DNA of 63,698 bases, counting the filler, from Bigelowiella natans CCMP2755 (lineage: Eukaryota > Protista > Cercozoa), in NCBI GenBank assembly GCA_000320545.1. It is 7 parts of 7 records of this genome, joined end to end, with 100 filler letters (N's around TTAATTAATTAA, not from the genome) between each part and the next. Parts side by side here need not be neighbours in the genome. Positions count along the whole stretch, not along the records: positions 13,383 to 18,452 come from ADNK01002576.1; positions 18,553 to 36,939 come from ADNK01001024.1; 5 more parts are not named here. One strand, 5' to 3'. Below the pieces are notes generated by a model. It saw nothing but the letters and a program-made list of their open reading frames with translations, had not been told where the DNA came from and did not search any database. Positions 14,036 through 28,807 of this stretch are shown here, one piece after another. The stretch's first letter is position 1; each line of letters begins with the position of its first letter. The translations under genes and the position numbers were made by a program.

Positions 14036-14304
14036 TCGTCACCATCATCACTATCGTCGCCGTGGTCGCTGCGATGCTCATCCTTTGAATTATCAAACTG
14101 CTGGCGAAACAGGTCAGGGGAGGCCAGCTCAGCGACAGCCTCGACGTCGCTATCATCGTCGAGATATCGTGGAAATTCATGGGATGTGATCTATGGGTGG
14201 AGCGTGTACAGCTCTCACCAACTCACGGCCCTCCGCCACGCGCTGATTCTCTCGAATCGGGTACTATAGGAGGTGAATTTAAGCAGTTACGGACTGCAGA
14301 AGAA

Positions 14305-14335
<31 letters not shown>

Positions 14336-15480
14336 CTTTCTCTCTCTTTCTCTCGATTTGCTTTAGTAGTAGCAGTAATAGTAGAGTAGTAACAGAATGG
14401 CAGTGATGAAGATTTCTTGAGGGGGGGGGGCGGTCGTGGTGTGAAGGGATTATAGCCGTGAATGCGCTCCCAATCAAATGTGTGAGTTGTGACGGCGAAA
14501 AGGGAAACGATATCATCAGTCCATAGAGCTAACCATCCTTTCTCACCTGCCCTTCTTGCAGTGCTTAGAATCGTTTTTCGGCTACACCGATGGCACACAA
14601 GGGGGGGGGGGGATGAAACGGTCGTCACAGCAAACGAGCCAGAACGAGCGGGGAAAGAAGATGAAGAGGGGGGGAGGAGGGCGAAAAGACTCACGTGGAG
14701 CAGAGGGGGTGGCAATATTGAGGATGAGGAGGACGAATTATCCGCTGAGGCAACGCGAGTGAGAAGCATGCTCAATGCTTTAGGAGGTGCGTAACTAACA
14801 GCAGGCACACGCTGCTACTCCTTCTCCCGCCGCCAACATAGCCCCACTGCCTCCCTGTTGAAAGGGGGGGGGGGGGGCATCCTTGCTCCCCCGTGCTGCA
14901 CCGATGCGCTCGCAACGGTATATATATATATATATATAATATATATATATGGCGGTCTTGCGTTGTGCTGTCCATCACACTGCAAGGGTCAACCGCCTCC
15001 CTCGTGTCCCTCTTCAAGCTCACTGCCCTTGAAGAAAGGAAGATACAGCAAAGGGTCATCGTGCGCAGCTTTGCTCTTCACGAAAGCTTTGCCTCTTTCT
15101 CTGTCTTTATCCTGCTGCTTGTCGTCGCTTGTCAATGCTCCTTCATCATTGTAGTCTGTTGCTGCTGCCGTTCTTCACCACAATCATACGTTTGCGACGG
15201 TTAGTATGATCGGCACTGCTATATTGTCAGGTGAAGGAGTCTTATAATCGTCTCAAGCCTCAGGATATGCAGGCATTTCAACCATATTATTCTTCGACAC
15301 ACACGCACACGCACGTGCATATATTTATGTTATATATATTATCGTGTGTTTTGTATGGTTGTGAAGCATTCTGTATTTCTCTTCCGCATAGGCAATGCTC
15401 AAGAATGTCATGGAGGGATGGAGGCGGAAAACCTCCCCTCATTTATTCGCTCGCGACGTCCGTATTACATGCACAGGCCG

Positions 15481-15539
<59 letters not shown>

Positions 15540-15680
15540 CACGCGTGCAGCATTTTCGTCGGATTGTAAATGACATCTGGCCTTATGCAACAGGTACAAA
15601 GAGTGCTGCTATTTCGAGGGATTCGCGATCCTTTAGCCTGGAAGGAGGAGGAAGGTTTTACTCGCATAATGTTTAAATAA
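13409..15680 (+). CDS. multi-exon hypothetical protein, 3' part
   Basis: Spliceable exons AAHRSSSEEGCFRSHSAKILFNIIQIEL|IHCLEGTLMSQQQR...ATRVRSMLNALG...LEERKIQQR|VKESYNRLKPQDMQ|AMLKNVMEGWRRK...|VQRVLLFRGIRDPLAWKEEEGFTRIMFK*. No kinase motifs, so probably not a continuation of the upstream kinase. Confidence 0.5.
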
Positions 15681-16833
15681 TTTGGTGTGTTCGTTGATAG
15701 TAGTTCCGATATGTTGCTATGGCCATTCTGCCGCTCGACAGGAGTAGGAGCTGAACCGCATTTGTAATATTCCTTCTATCGTGTCGCCAAGATCAATATA
15801 CGAGCCGTACGATATTACGTGAGGTAGCACTGGAAGATGATGTATTAAGATTGAAGATCGTTTGTGCGTGTGTGCGTTGCTATGCCAATTGTAAGGCTGG
15901 TAATACTTATCAACGCGGTCAGAGAGTTCGTTTTGTAGGACATTTACGTGTAAGCTCAAATTATCAGCATACGCCAGCAGTTGTAGTGCAAACATGTCTA
16001 GATGTGTACGTACATGACTGCCAATATGTGACAAATATCGTATAGGGATCCATATAATCGAATACGAACGAGCCAAATGCACTTGCACTGAATGCACATG
16101 CAAGCATCGTGTTGCCTACGTGAGGCCGACCTCTCTCACCAGAACTATGCCGATTGCTGGCCTGCATGTGCAACGCTTCATTTGGTCTGTGCACAATTCA
16201 CATATGGCCGAACTAGCGTTTACGTTCCTAGCTGTGATTGTGCCTGCTAGCATGCAATGAACACATTGACTAGATGAGCAAGCGTGGGCTAGCGCAAGGT
16301 GCAATGTGAATTGCGAATTGTATCAAAGACAAATCCAGACATGTGCATGAATGCAACGTAGCGCATCGTGTGATTTAGATGATGTGCGCGACGTGTGAAC
16401 TCGGTTCGATCCTGCTCATTGCTCCTCAAACACGTAATATCATTTGTAATAATATCCATGGATATCAATCTCATAATCAGATTACAAGACACGTAGTACA
16501 CCGTGTGCAAGCTCTAAAATTTTCAATGCTTCAGCTATCTGCTGGTTCTAAAATTTCAATGCTTCAGCTATCTGCTGCTACTACGTTCAACTACCTTCAA
16601 CACTGCACGCTTGATCAAAAATCGATGGCAACGATCGTGGATCAAATTTCCGTGTATGTGCTATCATCGTACAGCACTCTTCAATAGATGCATAACGCAT
16701 TAGCTACTCTCATAATCTCGATATTTGATACTGATCAATCTCTCAATCAGTTTTATGCCTTTCGTAGATCTTCAAGGTGCATCAACTAATAATTTAACTC
16801 TATATCTAAAGATCTAATTCCATCTGCCAGATC

Positions 16834-17580
16834 TCAATCGCTCTTTGGATTTGCCTTCGGGCTCCGTCGCTTCTGTGGGCGACTCTTAGGCTGAGAACTG
16901 TCTCTTGGAGACTCCACGTCAAATATTGTGTTCTTTTTGCTACTTCTCGACTTCGGTACTGTTATGTCCTTCGGTTCCTAGTTGAAAATGGCGCAATGGC
17001 CGAGAAAATCATAGAAAAAAAGGTAAGCTTTTCTCCTTCGATGCTCACCCACTGCTGGTGAAAGGCATAGAAGGTTTCCAATAAGTGGGTATGTACCTTT
17101 TTCTGCTGCCGCCGTATAAATTTCATTGCGTAGTAGTAAACGGTGAAAATCAGAAATGCCGCGACGAATCCCAATCCGAATACTTTTCCAAAATGAGAAA
17201 GCTCCTCATTAATGTCGAACGCAAGAGAGTCCTTGTCGTTACTCACCATCCCTGAATCGTAGAATACATACAGATATGGTCAGGGAAAGAAATAACTACA
17301 GCCCTCAAGTAGCTGTAGGCAGAAGCTTCCGTCGCCTAAAAAGCTTGCTCCTCTACTTTCAATGGATACCCCATGACATTTGGCCATCGGGGTAGCTACA
17401 GTCTTCGCTGTTTCGAGTTGAATTCATACTCACACCGAGGTGGGTTCGTTCAACTCTGATCAGCGACAAAGAAGAGTCCCCATTCCTTTAACCTTCCCTC
17501 TTCCCTAACGACCTGTCCGTGTCACCCGTTTCGATTATTGCGAGGAAGGAAGGCCACCAGTTACTTTTACAGTTGTTGCC
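16834..17580 (-). CDS. small single-pass membrane hypothetical protein
   Basis: Exon encoding FGKVFGLGFVAAFLIFTVYYYAMKFIRRQQKK (TM plus basic stop-transfer) splices to EPKDITVPKS...NPKSD*; 5' end uncertain. Confidence 0.45.
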
Positions 17581-18150
17581 AATTGTTGTATGAACATGTC
17601 TGTACTGTTCACTTTCATGTAGATATTTCGTGGGATTCTCATGAGAATGAGGATTTCCTTTCGTCTTCGAAATATGTGTATGTTTCAATTTCCTCTTTGG
17701 ACAACAAGAACAACAAGGCCGCGTTTTTGCGCGAGCATGTTCCGCTGCCGCTTTTTAATTCTCATCGAATTGCTTCCATTTTTTTCGGCTTCCACTCATT
17801 TGTATTTGTTTGAATATTTTGAATCTCTGACCGGCAGAGGCCTATCTTTGTCGTTTTTCCAGGAAGTTTTCGGTGTATCTCGGACAGGATGGGGGCAAGA
17901 GCGGCTTCGCTCCGTTCGATACCTAATGTAAAAACGCATTCAATCTTACCGACAAAACATCGTAAATATTTCGAATTTGGAGTCGAACGTGCTTACCCTG
18001 AGCTAAGCGTCCGAATCGTGCTCCCGTGCATGTACGAATCCTGCTGAACGCCTTTCCGCGGTTTCTCGATCATTTGGCGGCGGAGCAGGGGCTAGGGGCA
18101 AGTAGTTTAGTTGTTTCTATATCACGCAGTTGGCTGTAAGAGTTGTGAGG

Positions 18151-18239
18151 ATGTTTGGAGGCGACGATGACGAACATCTCGCGGCTAGGACGTCAATGCA
18201 CGATCAGCCGAAACCTCACTCGGAAGAGTACGAGGCGAA
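18151..18239 (+). CDS. probable first exon of a gene truncated by the gap
   Basis: MFGGDDDEHLAARTSMHDQPKPHSEEYEA followed by GTAATC donor; lies divergent from the preceding gene. Confidence 0.25.
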
Positions 18240-18365
18240 GTAATCGAACCTGTTTGTCTTCTTGCTCATTCACAATGTGGGAGCGTAAATGCCATGAGAG
18301 TCTGTATTTACAATGACAAATACTCTTTTACCCTCGCCCCTGTTCCTTCCCCCCCTCCCCCCTCA

Positions 18366-18413
<48 letters not shown>

Positions 18414-18415
18414 AA

Positions 18416-18452
<37 letters not shown>

Positions 18453-18552
18453 NNNNNNNNNNNNNNNNNNNNNNNNNNNNNNNNNNNNNNNNNNNNTTAA
18501 TTAATTAANNNNNNNNNNNNNNNNNNNNNNNNNNNNNNNNNNNNNNNNNNNN
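18453..18552. other. artificial contig spacer
   Basis: N44-TTAATTAATTAA-N44. Confidence 0.97.
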
Positions 18553-19130
18553 GTACAGCATAGCACCGAGGTGTTGGAGGGAGGAAATATATCATTTATT
18601 ACCATTTGTAGCAGTAGTAGAGTCGCTTTCAACATCATGTCAATGAATTATATACGTGTGAAACCCAGATCCAATCGAAAGTACTACCATCGTTACTATT
18701 AATATCATCATTATCATCATCATCATCTTTATTCTTATGAGTCATCGCGTGTTCTGCTTTCGGCTGCTGCAAGCGACGTACGATTGAGCTCCTCTTGTTT
18801 TCAATGTCGCCGCGAATAGAGGGACGCTGCGGATTTATGGTGATGGTGGTGATTGTGATGATGATGGCGATGATGATAGTGATGATGATGATGATGAGAA
18901 CAACAGAGAAGATCATCATACTGAGTCTTCCTTCGGATTATGTCGTTTCTCTATTATTACTACTGCTTCTGATGATGCTGATTGTCAGTATATTCCATGC
19001 ACAACACGGGTGCTCAGCAGCAACGAGATCGAAATAATACATAAAACCAATACTTGGGAATTTCTTCGCATATCGAGGAAGGACCCTCGAGGCGGCATTA
19101 TGATAGAACTACGAATCGACGAAGTAGAAG

Positions 19131-19174
<44 letters not shown>

Positions 19175-20776
19175 GGAAAGCAAGAAAGCGAGTGAGGGAG
19201 AGGCGGAAGTGTGATTCGAGCATTCCAAGATTCTCAATTTTCTTCAACGAAGAACGAGTACAAGATGGAGGATTTTGACCACCAAAAAACGACACACATT
19301 TGGGCAAATGTCCCACTGTTTGAACTAACCACTACACCGCCACCAATAACGACAACAACATCAAATATCACTAACGACGTCCACGTACGCTCTTGGAACA
19401 GCTATCCTTCCGTTTGGATTTATCGAAGAATCGTGCCTGCATAGAAGCATCATGTGTCAATTCAGGCCAAGCATCGACGTAAGGAGGGAGGAAAGGAGGA
19501 AGGGGGAAGCCGGCCGCCACAGAAGGAAGACAGCGGCTTTTGGAGATCAAACTTTGAATGAATGAAGAAAGGAATATGATACTTGTCGATGCACATCCGC
19601 TCACTTTTCACCACCCCAGAATTAAATGGGTGATAATAATAATAATAATAATACTATTATTATTACGTTGGCGCCCGGACTATTCCTTGTCGAAAGTTGG
19701 GGCGGATATGCTACTCGAAAAGGGGCTAGAGCTGTTCAAAGTCACGTACATAAGGCAGGGAAGTAGAGGAGGAGGAGAAGGAGGAGGGAGGGGGGGGGGG
19801 GGCTACGATGCTACTGCTTGGAGCACTGTTAGAGAAAAGTGTACACTCGACGTACATACCTTGTGACACCAGATTCTGCCCCCGCTTGTTGTGTGAAAAC
19901 ATGGAAGCCCTCGAAGAATTCCTCGAATGTGATCTTTCCTGGGGTCCTTGGGTTGAGCTGTGCGATAACATGCTCCAGCTGCTCGCGAGTTGCATCTGGC
20001 AGTACCTTTGAGAACTCCACGTGGCTAAACAGTAATAATGAACATAATGATAAGAAGAAGAGGAAGAAGAAGAAGAGGAAGAGGAAGAGGAGGGGGAAGG
20101 GGCAATCCACCACCCAGATTTCAATTGCTTTGTGGTAAATAAATGCTATTATTTGATGGGGGAACATGATACAAGCGACCGCACCTGAGGTAGCCACTAG
20201 CATCACCATCCAGCTGATTAAACATGGCCCGAATGCTCTCCTTGTTGGGGTGATGATGGTCATCGTCAACGCTAAGTTTGGTCTCATCATCATCATTATC
20301 ATCGTGCTCCCTGAGCCGCGGCAGCGGAGATGTAGATCGTGACCTCGAACTCTCCACAGAAGCATGAAGCGACGACATGGAAGAGATGGTGGCAAGGTTC
20401 GGATCTGACTCAACCTGGTGCTGCTGGGTATTGATCGAGCTCATCGAGGACTGCAATTGTGGATTTGTGCTGCGCGACGATTCCTCTTCCGATGGAGCAG
20501 CATCGCTCCGTGCCGCCATGAGTGCTCGACAGGCGTCGGAGAAAGCATCGAAGTTTATGTTCGTGGAGCTCCCCAAGAGATTCGAGAGTGACTCCTGGAG
20601 ACCTTCAGGAACCCATTCCAGGATCTGAACAATGCGCAGGACAGTCACGCGACACTACGTACAGTGTGCAGCTGTAAGGAAATGTTGAGATGGGCTGCTT
20701 TTCCTACCTCCGATTTGGTGACGTATCCGTCCTCATTGGGACCCAGGTTCTCGAAAACCTCCTCGAGATTGTCCAT
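18553..20776 (-). CDS. EF-hand domain protein (two EF-hand pairs), 3' end lost in gap
   Basis: MDNLEEVFENLGPNEDGYVTKSE|IVQILEW...INFDAFSDAC; SIRAMFNQLDGDASGYLR; QLEHVIAQLNPRTPGKITFEEFFEGF. Further 5' exons up to ~21110 are possible. Confidence 0.7.
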
Positions 20777-21484
20777 CTGTAGCCCCACAATTAATAGTTT
20801 GTTGCGCACATCATCAGTGAACGCGGACAAAGTTTGGCAAAGTCATTGTCAGATAGCCGAGTTAAGATCGTGGATGACGGATGAGATTTTTTTGATGACT
20901 CCAAAAGCCTCTCTCCCCCCCTCAGATCAAAGAGAAAATCAATCCCTATCCCTGTCATCTCTCTCCATTTCATTGATCTCCTGTGGATTCGCTCTCCATC
21001 GTCCCTATATCCCTCTGCCCGCCCCCCGTTGCCCGTTGTACGGCCAAGATACTCGTAGCTGATCTCAATGCTTCCCACCTCTTCCTCTGTTCTGCCCTCG
21101 GGAAGGAGGCGTGTACACGTTCTATTTTTATCGATGAGACATTATAAGTTTTATGTCGCTCTCGTAAAAACGGCGCCCCTTCCTTGCTGATGCTCCCCGC
21201 GAGCGGCACAGCAGCAGGGACTGACTGTCCCGAAGAAATTGGAAGTTTTAGATCTTTTTGGCTTATCCCAGTTCCGTGCAAAATCAGTCTGGATCACATG
21301 TCGTTTTGTTCCTGCGACAAGGAACATGCACGAGAATTGTTCTGCTTTCGCCCGACCACGCGCTCTCCTGGGAAAACCCCCGAGGAATGGAGGCCTGACG
21401 AGCGAACGATAAAAGGCCACCTCACCAGTCTCCTGCGAGCGTTATTTGTCCGCTGCTGCACTCAAGAGATAGCGGCTGCTGAAG

Positions 21485-22612
21485 ATGGTAGAGAAGAAGA
21501 AAGAGAATGGATCCGAACCCAGCGGCAGCCATAACGGCGTTGACGCAAAAGAGGACGCTCCTCCACACACAGCAAGTATTATGTGCCTGCACAGGGAGAC
21601 GTGGCAAATTCAACTCGATGTCAACTAAACCGCATTTTTTTTCCTTACTTGAATTTAAATTAGGAATCTGTGGGGTCAATAATACCGTGATATGTGCGCT
21701 CGCTGTGATAGCCGTCAGTGTTTTGTTTGAGGCAAACAATGGTCCTCCTCAATGCCCGATGTGCGAAGCAGCCTTTCGAGCCGATCTCGGCACCCTTCAG
21801 GAGGTACATGGGGAAAGTGCGGTTCTATTTTTCATCATCAATAGTGACCGTCATCATCATCATCATCATCGTTGTCGTTGTAGTCCTTGCTGTCGTTATC
21901 ATTCATCATCATCATCATCATCATCATCATCGTGTCATTCTGTACTATCCGCTACACCACCGCCTAACGTTAAACATTTTCGTTCCCTTAGCTCATTGGA
22001 ACTAGGGGAGCAGCAAATACGGAAGCTGATAGATTTGGAAACCGTCCACTGCATTGGGCCTGTAAGGTATATCTTACATTCATGTATATTATGTGCGTGT
22101 GTGTGAAGTGAGTGTGTGTGTGTGTGTGTGTGAGTGTGCGTGTACAAAATCATAATCATCATCAAGAATGTTGCAGAATGTCGTAATGCGATACCGCAAT
22201 CCTCATCCGTATCTTCAGGCTGCATCCTTGAAGACAATCAAGATGCTGGTAACACGTTCTAATGCGGAGATGAAAGCTGCGAACAATGCAGGCACCCCGG
22301 CGCTCCATTGGGCATGTACAAAGTCAGGATAGAATTATTGACGAAAAAGTAGCACGTAGCAATCCACGTGGTTGTGATTATTTTTCTTCTTGGTCAAGTG
22401 CTATGTGATCATGAGCACTATGGGTACAGGTGTCGTTATTTATGCTGCTTTTTGCATGCCATGCAAATCCTATGTACTTATCCACCCGTGCAGATCGCCG
22501 CGGAGCGTGATCGAGTATCTTCTGGAGAATGGAGCCGACATAACACAGAAGAATCAGGCCGGAGAAACCGCACTTCACTGGGCGGTTCATTGGATCAAGT
22601 TGTTTCTCAATA

Positions 22613-22643
<31 letters not shown>

Positions 22644-23462
22644 GTTTTGGTCATGAGTAGAATACAACCATTCATGAAAGGTTGATACGATATTGCATCA
22701 ATCTTCTTCATGATTGCGCTATATATTGCATGTGTTCTTCTAGCTTCCCCATCTTTTTCCCCTTTCTCTTTCGCTCTCCTGTTTTTCCATTACGTTATTG
22801 TCTTATGTATCCGCTGATGTTGTTGTCCTCAGCGAAGAAGCCGTGGCCGCTATCTTGAAACATGATGAGGCCAAAATTCATGAGGTTTGTGATCGACATG
22901 TGCTCGTCGCGCACATCTACAGAAACAACTCCATTACACGCATCAAAGTATTCACCCGTTGATATGTGGTCAAGCGACTATCACTGCCAGTGGAATTACT
23001 AACACGCTGCGTAGTTCGGTACAACTGAGTGGTGATCTTGGTTTTTTTAAGTATGAAGGAAAGTAACCTTTCTATCGTACTCCTTCCTCCTCCTTCTCTT
23101 GCTGCCGCTGCTGCTATTGCACAGGTCATTTCCATGCAGGATGAGAATGGGAACACGGCGTTACATAATATCTCCCCAGGATGTGCAACTGACCCCGCTT
23201 GTCAGAGGTATGAATCAATAATGCTACTACGACGATGCAGCTTGTGCTGTTGGCTGGGCTCTGGCGATGATGGCCCCCATAGCCATGCTGCAAATATGCT
23301 ATACCAAATACATTGAGCGGTTTTTCTTTTTTCCCTCTAATCTCACACAAACTGGGCGGTGATGGTCATGTGCAGAATCGTGGCGAATTTCATGAAGCAC
23401 AATGCCGACTTGACGACGAAGAATAACTTTGGGTAAGCGAGGAAAAGCGGTGTATTCGCAGA

Positions 23463-23541
<79 letters not shown>

Positions 23542-23777
23542 GATATATGGATAAATATTTTACGATACCTTTTTATCCCTACTCCAGCATCACAACGGCA
23601 TGGGTGATGATGTAGAATGCACTACGAGTATTCTGCAATACAAATGTGTATAACCATCTCATACAATTTATCTACTTCTAAATACTATGACTATGCAGGC
23701 GAACGCCGCTCGCACATTTCGATTACGCAGCAGCCACCGAGACGTTGAAGTCAGATGCTAAAAAAAGTACATCGTAA
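21485..23777 (+). CDS. ankyrin-repeat protein
   Basis: Exons NNAGTPALHWAC, VIEYLLENGADITQKNQAGETALHWA, QDENGNTALH and NADLTTKNNFGRTPL; TAA at 23775-23777. Confidence 0.88.
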
Positions 23778-24982
23778 TTAACGAGCTTGCAGGTAGCATC
23801 TGCAATAAGCTCATGCTCGGACCTCGAAATTTGAATAGCGCAACAATCTACATATATCGCATCGGGTACGTGTAGCTGCACCATTTAGTCACATCGCGTC
23901 GATCTTATCGATCAATCGATGCACGTCTAGATGCAACACTACATGCGTCTTTGCAGTGTTCCCTTGTAGCTACACAGACGCATGTACACACACACACACA
24001 CACACACACGTACGTATGTGTGTGTGCATGTGTGTGCATGTGTGTGTGTGTATGTGTGTGCTTCGTGACAACGCATGGGTTCATGTTTTCACGTGCTTGT
24101 GTACGCCAAGCATGCAAGAAAGCGTCTGAATTATGTCGTTTTTGGTTGGAAAACAGTGCGATGTTGACAATCACAAGTGCTCTTAACTACGAATTGTTAC
24201 GAGCATGAATGTTCATTACGTGCTTTGTCTTTTCACGCTCACTGTGGCATCGCGCGACCATGGCACCTGCGTGCAACCCTGGCCCTAGTTTTTTCCCAAC
24301 TATACAATTAGTATAGGGAAAATGCCGCAAAATTCACGACCTGAAACATCACCTTCCGCGGACTAACTGCTAAACTAATTTATTGCTAGCATGGTGAACT
24401 ATCACAGGCACAGCAGATGCAAATAATGCGGCATGTGCTGCATCGCTCACATTCGTGCTAATGCCATGCTCACACAACCACACTGCTTGCACACCTGCCT
24501 GCGCTGGACATCACATCGAATCGCAGTAACAAAGGCGACCACGCACATGATATATCATGCAATCAACGCACACATTTTGTGGTGCACATCATGTATCGCA
24601 CAGTGTGTTCGTCCATCTGTGGTTCATGTGCGATCCTTGCGTGATGCATGCTAGCACACATGGCATGCGCACAATCTAGACCACAGGTTGTTCGAAATGG
24701 TGCCTGATCTGTGTTCCTAATTTAATCCTCAACGTACATGGTGCTCACAATCACATGCTTGCATACCATGGCTACAATGCACGATGAACACACACACACA
24801 CACACATGCATGCATGCATTCAACAGTCAATTGATCCGGAAAAGTTTCTGAAGCCCAAACGGCTGTGTGGCCAACACGAACGATCTACACTTTCCCACCG
24901 AGTGCAGTGGAGTAGATGCCAACAAAAAATACTGATCACTTGCTGGCCTTGCGTCCAGGGTCGATCCTCTGCTTCATCTTAG

Positions 24983-26224
24983 CTACTTCTGCTCCTTTTT
25001 TTCCTCCTTATTCGTTTTCACCTCCTTTATGATTAGAGTAGACAAAAACATACATCACAATCATATTCAGTAGGATGTCTTTCCTTCGCCAAGGAAAAAA
25101 ATAAGGGGATTGTCATTATAACATTCTCTTCTACTTCTACTAAGACAGAGGGCAGTCTCAAACACCTTTTTCGGCACATCGATGACATCCATTGCCTGCG
25201 GTACGGACGTATATGAGTACAACGATAACAGAGTGAGGAAGGCTCTCTCTTATAATCTCTCTATTGTGTGACATTCAGCGTGCAATGAAAGAGCATTGTA
25301 TGCTTTCCCCAGGACAGTGATGCGACACGCAGAACATGTACGCATGCGTGCTACCTTAACCCATTCGTCAAATGAGATCTTTCCATTGCCATCCCCATCG
25401 GCTTCGTTAACAGCCTCACGGATCTTGTCGGGAGTCAGGAAATCGCAAAATGCAGCGATTTCATCTGCGTCGACCTTAAGACACACATACACACACACAC
25501 ACACAAACATGTAAGTGTCTATGCTCTTACGGTGAGCTGTCCCATGCACACTGAAGCTTAGTTGTGAGGAGGTCGCAGATACTACCTTTCCATCGCTATT
25601 CTTGTCGAAGAGCTTGAAGACATCTTTCACATCCTGCGGCATGGATGTAGCACCAGTAGGTTGGAAACGTGAAATTCGAGATTTTACATCTTAAATGGTG
25701 CCCTCATAAGACGTACAACGAGGATGCTACATTCGTATCTTATACCAACTTATCGCTCACAAGATTTTAGAGTAGGTTGTGGTGGGGGGGGGGGGGGGGA
25801 GTTACATTTTTGTTGGTTCCCAGAATTCCGGTGGCGTGCATCTGCTCAAACTCCTCCTTATCAACGCCCCTTATGGAAAAAGAAATATGTGTGCGCGAAG
25901 ATGTCAAGTCAGTCTCGAAAGCAAATCAGCATTCTGCGGAAATCAGCTGGCCCCGCCAAAAGACATCAGCACAACACTCTCCTGGGAACTATACAGTATG
26001 AGCGTAATGAAGCAAGGACATGATGGGGACGCGACAACCGAAAGTTGCACGCTGCGCCATTCATGCATGCCTCTGGACTTCGCATATAAAGAGCGACTAA
26101 CCCGTCATTATCCGCGTCCATATCGTCCACAATTTTCTTGATCTCCTCGTCGGACTTCCCCACCTTTTTGAGAAGCGCTGCGATTTCCTCCGCGTCGAGT
26201 TTGCCTGCGACAATTTGGTGTAAC

Positions 26225-26267
<43 letters not shown>

Positions 26268-27437
26268 TTTATCATGCCATCAACTGTGAGTGTGAGGGGT
26301 TCAGGGTTATGTAAAGGATATGAGTAATTCCACTCTGGAAGCGAAATTCGAGGGGAGGGGGTAGGGGAAGAGAGCAGAAGATGCAGCTCGGAACGCCGAT
26401 ATGATCTATTGTGAGTAAAGGCGAACACGGCCACATATCCGTCGCAGCGCCAGACACAATGTCAACCAGGAAACCGTCAGGATTTTTCCTTGCGGCACCG
26501 GCACCCGGCAACAACACCATGCGCGCAGCGGTATATATCATTCACGCACCGTCTCCGTTCTTGTCGGCTTCGCGGAAAGCTTTCTCAACAATCTGGAAGG
26601 GAGGGAGGGGGGGCGAGTAATGAGTGACGGACGCAAATATTTACGTGAATAATGGGGAAGAAGAAAGGCGTTCTTGGCTTACTAGAAATGGGGTCACGGA
26701 TGGATTGTGTCTGTGATAATATTGTTGTTGTATGTGGCAAAATACCCTTCGATCCCTGGCGGTCATGTGCTTGGCGATCATGCGAGCCACAGCCTTCTTG
26801 AGCTTCGTTTGTCCTGTAGATGGACGATGGGGGAGAATAGCAATGAGAAAGCAAGCGTGTGTATATAAAAAGGGAGAGAGGGGGGGGGAGGGGGGGGGGG
26901 AAGAAACGTGGGAGGCACTCCCCCAACCTATTCACTATCAGGTCTTCTTCTACTACCTACAACTGATTCGAAACCGATTCGTGGAAGCCAACAACAACAA
27001 CAACAACAGAAACTATGTAGCAATTCTCCTCCTACTACTACGCGATGATGCTTACCATGGAAGGTCGACAGCGATTTGCGCACAGTATCAGGCAGTCTGG
27101 CGTCACCGGCATTCACGATGAAAGGGTGCTTGAGAGCCTAGAATAATCGGCAATTGGTCATCAATGGCATCAGGCTGATAATGCAACGAATCTCTTGTGA
27201 ATGCTTTTCTCATTGCCCAACCCAAACGCTGAGCAGTTACCAGCCTCTCCCACGAAATCGCAATATAATATGAGCGATTTCTTCTTCTCAAAGGCACGGG
27301 TATGCTCTCCGAAGCTATCTATAATCTATTGTTTTCTGAGACGCAGGAGACACGCTTACCTCCGCAGCGCTCATGCGTGACTGGGGAGACATTTGCAAAC
27401 ATTTCCGGATGAAATTCCGGGCGTCCTTCGTATCGAA

Positions 27438-27487
<50 letters not shown>

Positions 27488-27950
27488 AAGTGTGTGTGGA
27501 TATCTACATTCTGAAAGGGGAATTAGGTGCGGCGTTATGTCCAACTACTAGTACTTACAACCTTGGATGGTCCCTGGGGAAGGGCGTATCTCCCTTTCCG
27601 AATCAACGTGTACGTCTCGTTGTAGTGCCGTCTGATTGATACGACGACATGTTTATAGTTAGTCGACGATAGGTGGTGATGACAAACAAACAAACAAGCT
27701 GCTTTGCTGCGATCACGGTGTATTTATTTTGTGGATGAGAGGAAGATGAAAAAGGATTTGCAAAAAGTCAAAACAAGCACGAAGACACATATTCATGAGC
27801 AATGTGCCGGCGGAATAATACCCAAAAAATGGAGGGACTCCATAGAGGAGAAGATACACGATAACGCCAATCGACCACACATCAGCTGCCTTCCAGCTTT
27901 TTAAAGTGTTTGCCATCCCATTGAGAACCTTTTAGTAGCACAAAGCACGA

Positions 27951-28022
<72 letters not shown>

Positions 28023-28030
28023 TTATTTAT

Positions 28031-28068
<38 letters not shown>

Positions 28069-28748
28069 AAAATGTGCACATGCCAGGCAGAACACCTCAG
28101 GCGCCACGTAGTAAGGAGAACCAGCATTGTCCTTCACTTCATCCTCCTCTCTGATTTGAGATACAGAGGTAGGGACGGGGGGAAAGAAAAATATTATTAA
28201 CGTGCGACGACGACGAAGACGAACCGTGCAACGCCTTTCAACACGAAGAGGGTGCTTTGGATGCTTCAAATGCAGGATCATGCATCGAAAAATACGGGTC
28301 AGTGTAAGCAGCAAGCAGTGTTACTTACTTCATTCGCTGGACAGCACATCCGAAGTCGATGAGTTTCATGGTCTATTAGCAAAAGGCGACGACACAGAAC
28401 AACATAAAGAAACCTTCATGAATGCACTTGGCGGCATAAACCCACAAGGCCATTTAACAAGAAATCAGCAGCAGCAGCAGCAGCTACCTTGTACTCCTTG
28501 GTGCCGAATACGAAATTCTCCGGCTTCAAGTCGCTGTCATACCATCATTTATTATCGGGGTCGATTCCTTCGTCGCGTGACTCAAATGTGTGGTTATCAT
28601 TTGTTACCGATGCACAATGTTCTTTGAGTGGAGATAGGACAGGGCCTCAAGCATCTGTTTTGCTAAGCTCGAAGCGGACTACCATGAGATAAATAAAGAG
28701 AAGATTACAATCAATCAATAAATATTATTTTATAAATATCACATATAT

Positions 28749-28807
<59 letters not shown>

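Noticed and set aside
16513-16578. ~32-bp tandem duplication (TAAAATTTCAATGCTTCAGCTATCTGCTG x2)
   Set aside because: Simple local duplication with no other supporting structure.
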